Of a DNA stretch of 64,000 nucleotides, positions 62,741 to 64,000 are shown one piece after another (position 1 is the stretch's first letter; each line of letters starts with the position of its first letter). The notes under the pieces were generated by a model. It worked only from the letters and a program-made list of their open reading frames with translations, searched no databases and was not told the DNA's origin. The translations under genes and the position numbers were made by a program. This DNA is from Gammaproteobacteria bacterium (lineage in GTDB: Bacteria; Pseudomonadota; Gammaproteobacteria; JBCCGL01), in NCBI GenBank assembly GCA_965277715.1, contig OZ255836.1:1920001-1984000 (forward strand), given 5' to 3'.

Positions 62741-64000
62741 ATGTCTAATAAAAAAGACCTCCTGGTGCCCGATATAGGCGACTTCACCGACGTTGAGGTG
62801 ATTGAAATTCTGGTGTCACCCGGTGATACGATCAATGCAGAGGACTCTCTGCTAACACTGGAAACCGACAAAGCCACAATGGAAATACCCGCCAGTGAAG
62901 GCGGCGTGGTGGTTGAACTGAAAGTGAAACTCGGTGATAAAATTTCACAGGGCACGCCTATACTGGTGTTGGAAGCAGGTGGTGAGCAGGCAACACCCCC
63001 CACCGCCGATACAGACGACAGCACAGCTCCCCATGCGACGCCAGACCCGGCACCAAACCCGGTACCAGGCCCACTAGCCGTTGACAATACACTGGCAAGC
63101 AATACCGACACACCCGCTGCAGCCAGCGTCGATACCCCACCGCCACCGCCCCCCCCTTCCTCGCCGACGGCACACCTCGGTGAAGAACACAGCCGCAAGG
63201 CCCACGCCAGCCCGGCGGTGCGCCGCTTTGCCCGCGAGCTAGGCGTGGACATTGGCCTGGTTTCAGGCACCGGACGCAAGTCACGCATTCAAAAAAGTGA
63301 CGTAAAGGAATTCGTTAAAAGCGCCCTTGCCAGTAGTGGCACCGCATATGGTGCTGGTGCCCGCAGCGGTGCTGTTCAGGGCAACATGGGTATTCCCCCC
63401 ATTCCCGAGATCGACTTCAGCAAATTCGGCCCTGTCGAACGGGTTGAAATGAGCCGCATTGGTAAACTGTCTGCGGCTAATCTGCACCGCGCCTGGCTAA
63501 ACGTACCGCATGTCACCCACCACGACGAGGCCGATATCACCGACCTGGAAGCGTTTAGAAAATCGCTCAAGGGCGAGGCGGAAAAGCGCGGTATTCGCGT
63601 TACCGGCCTGGTGTTTCATATGAAAGCCCTGGCCCACACCCTGGCGAGTTACCCCAAATTTAACAGCTCGCTGGCCGCCGATGGCGAAAGTCTGATCTAC
63701 AAAAAATACTGCCACATTGGCATCGCCGTAGACACCCCTAATGGCCTGGTAGTACCGGTGTTTAAAGATGTCGATCAGAAAAGCATCTACACCCTCTCTG
63801 AAGAATTGATGGACATTAGTGAGCGCGCACGCAAAAAGAAACTCAAACCCGATGAAATGCAGGGTGCCTGCATGACTATCTCCTCTTTGGGTGGCATCGG
63901 CGGCACCGCCTTTACACCCATTGTCAACGCCCCCGAGGCGGCGATACTCGGCATCACCCGTGCAAAAATGCAACCCGTATGGAATGGCAGTGAATTTGTG
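62741..64000 (+). CDS. aceF: Pyruvate dehydrogenase E2, single lipoyl domain, cut by the window edge
   Basis: ATG 62741 MSNKKDLLVPDIGDF, lipoyl site LETDKA, HASPAVRRFARELG, SSLGGIGG; not in the ORF track because there is no stop in the window. Confidence 0.95.
   Translation, partial: MSNKKDLLVPDIGDFTDVEVIEILVSPGDTINAEDSLLTLETDKATMEIPASEGGVVVELKVKLGDKISQGTPILVLEAGGEQATPPTADTDDSTAPHATPDPAPNPVPGPLAVDNTLASNTDTPAAASVDTPPPPPPPSSPTAHLGEEHSRKAHASPAVRRFARELGVDIGLVSGTGRKSRIQKSDVKEFVKSALASSGTAYGAGARSGAVQGNMGIPPIPEIDFSKFGPVERVEMSRIGKLSAANLHRAWLNVPHVTHHDEADITDLEAFRKSLKGEAEKRGIRVTGLVFHMKALAHTLASYPKFNSSLAADGESLIYKKYCHIGIAVDTPNGLVVPVFKDVDQKSIYTLSEELMDISERARKKKLKPDEMQGACMTISSLGGIGGTAFTPIVNAPEAAILGITRAKMQPVWNGSEFV

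Overview
Chromosomal window from a probable marine Gammaproteobacterium (inferred from gene content and order). Most of it is housekeeping or metabolic: nth, relA, ybbP-ybbA/tesA, thrC-hom, surE-pcm-yqaA-nlpD-rpoS, a pomA-pomB-PilZ-HDOD stator operon, an NAD-linked formate dehydrogenase with folD, recQ, an extended liu (leucine/isovalerate) operon with a LiuR-type operator, a stand-alone dnaJ, and aceE-aceF (aceF runs off the end). The unusual items are: (1) a ~2,600-aa LasB/vibriolysin-type M4 metalloprotease fused to Ca-binding repeats, duplicated PPC-like domains, LRRs and Ig/HYR-like domains, followed by a truncated lipoprotein gene; (2) two families of miniature inverted-repeat elements that sit at stop codons, with one nested in the other (5-bp target duplication, and the empty site is visible elsewhere in the window); (3) a hipBA module beside a tRNA-Arg gene that has anticodon UCG instead of the usual ACG; (4) near-consensus sigma28 promoters upstream of both pomA and rpoS; (5) two disrupted genes missing from the ORF track (a CDGSH Fe-S gene and a BrnA/CopG antitoxin). 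No CRISPR array, rRNA, integrase or transposase was found. All family assignments come from motif recognition by eye, not database searches.
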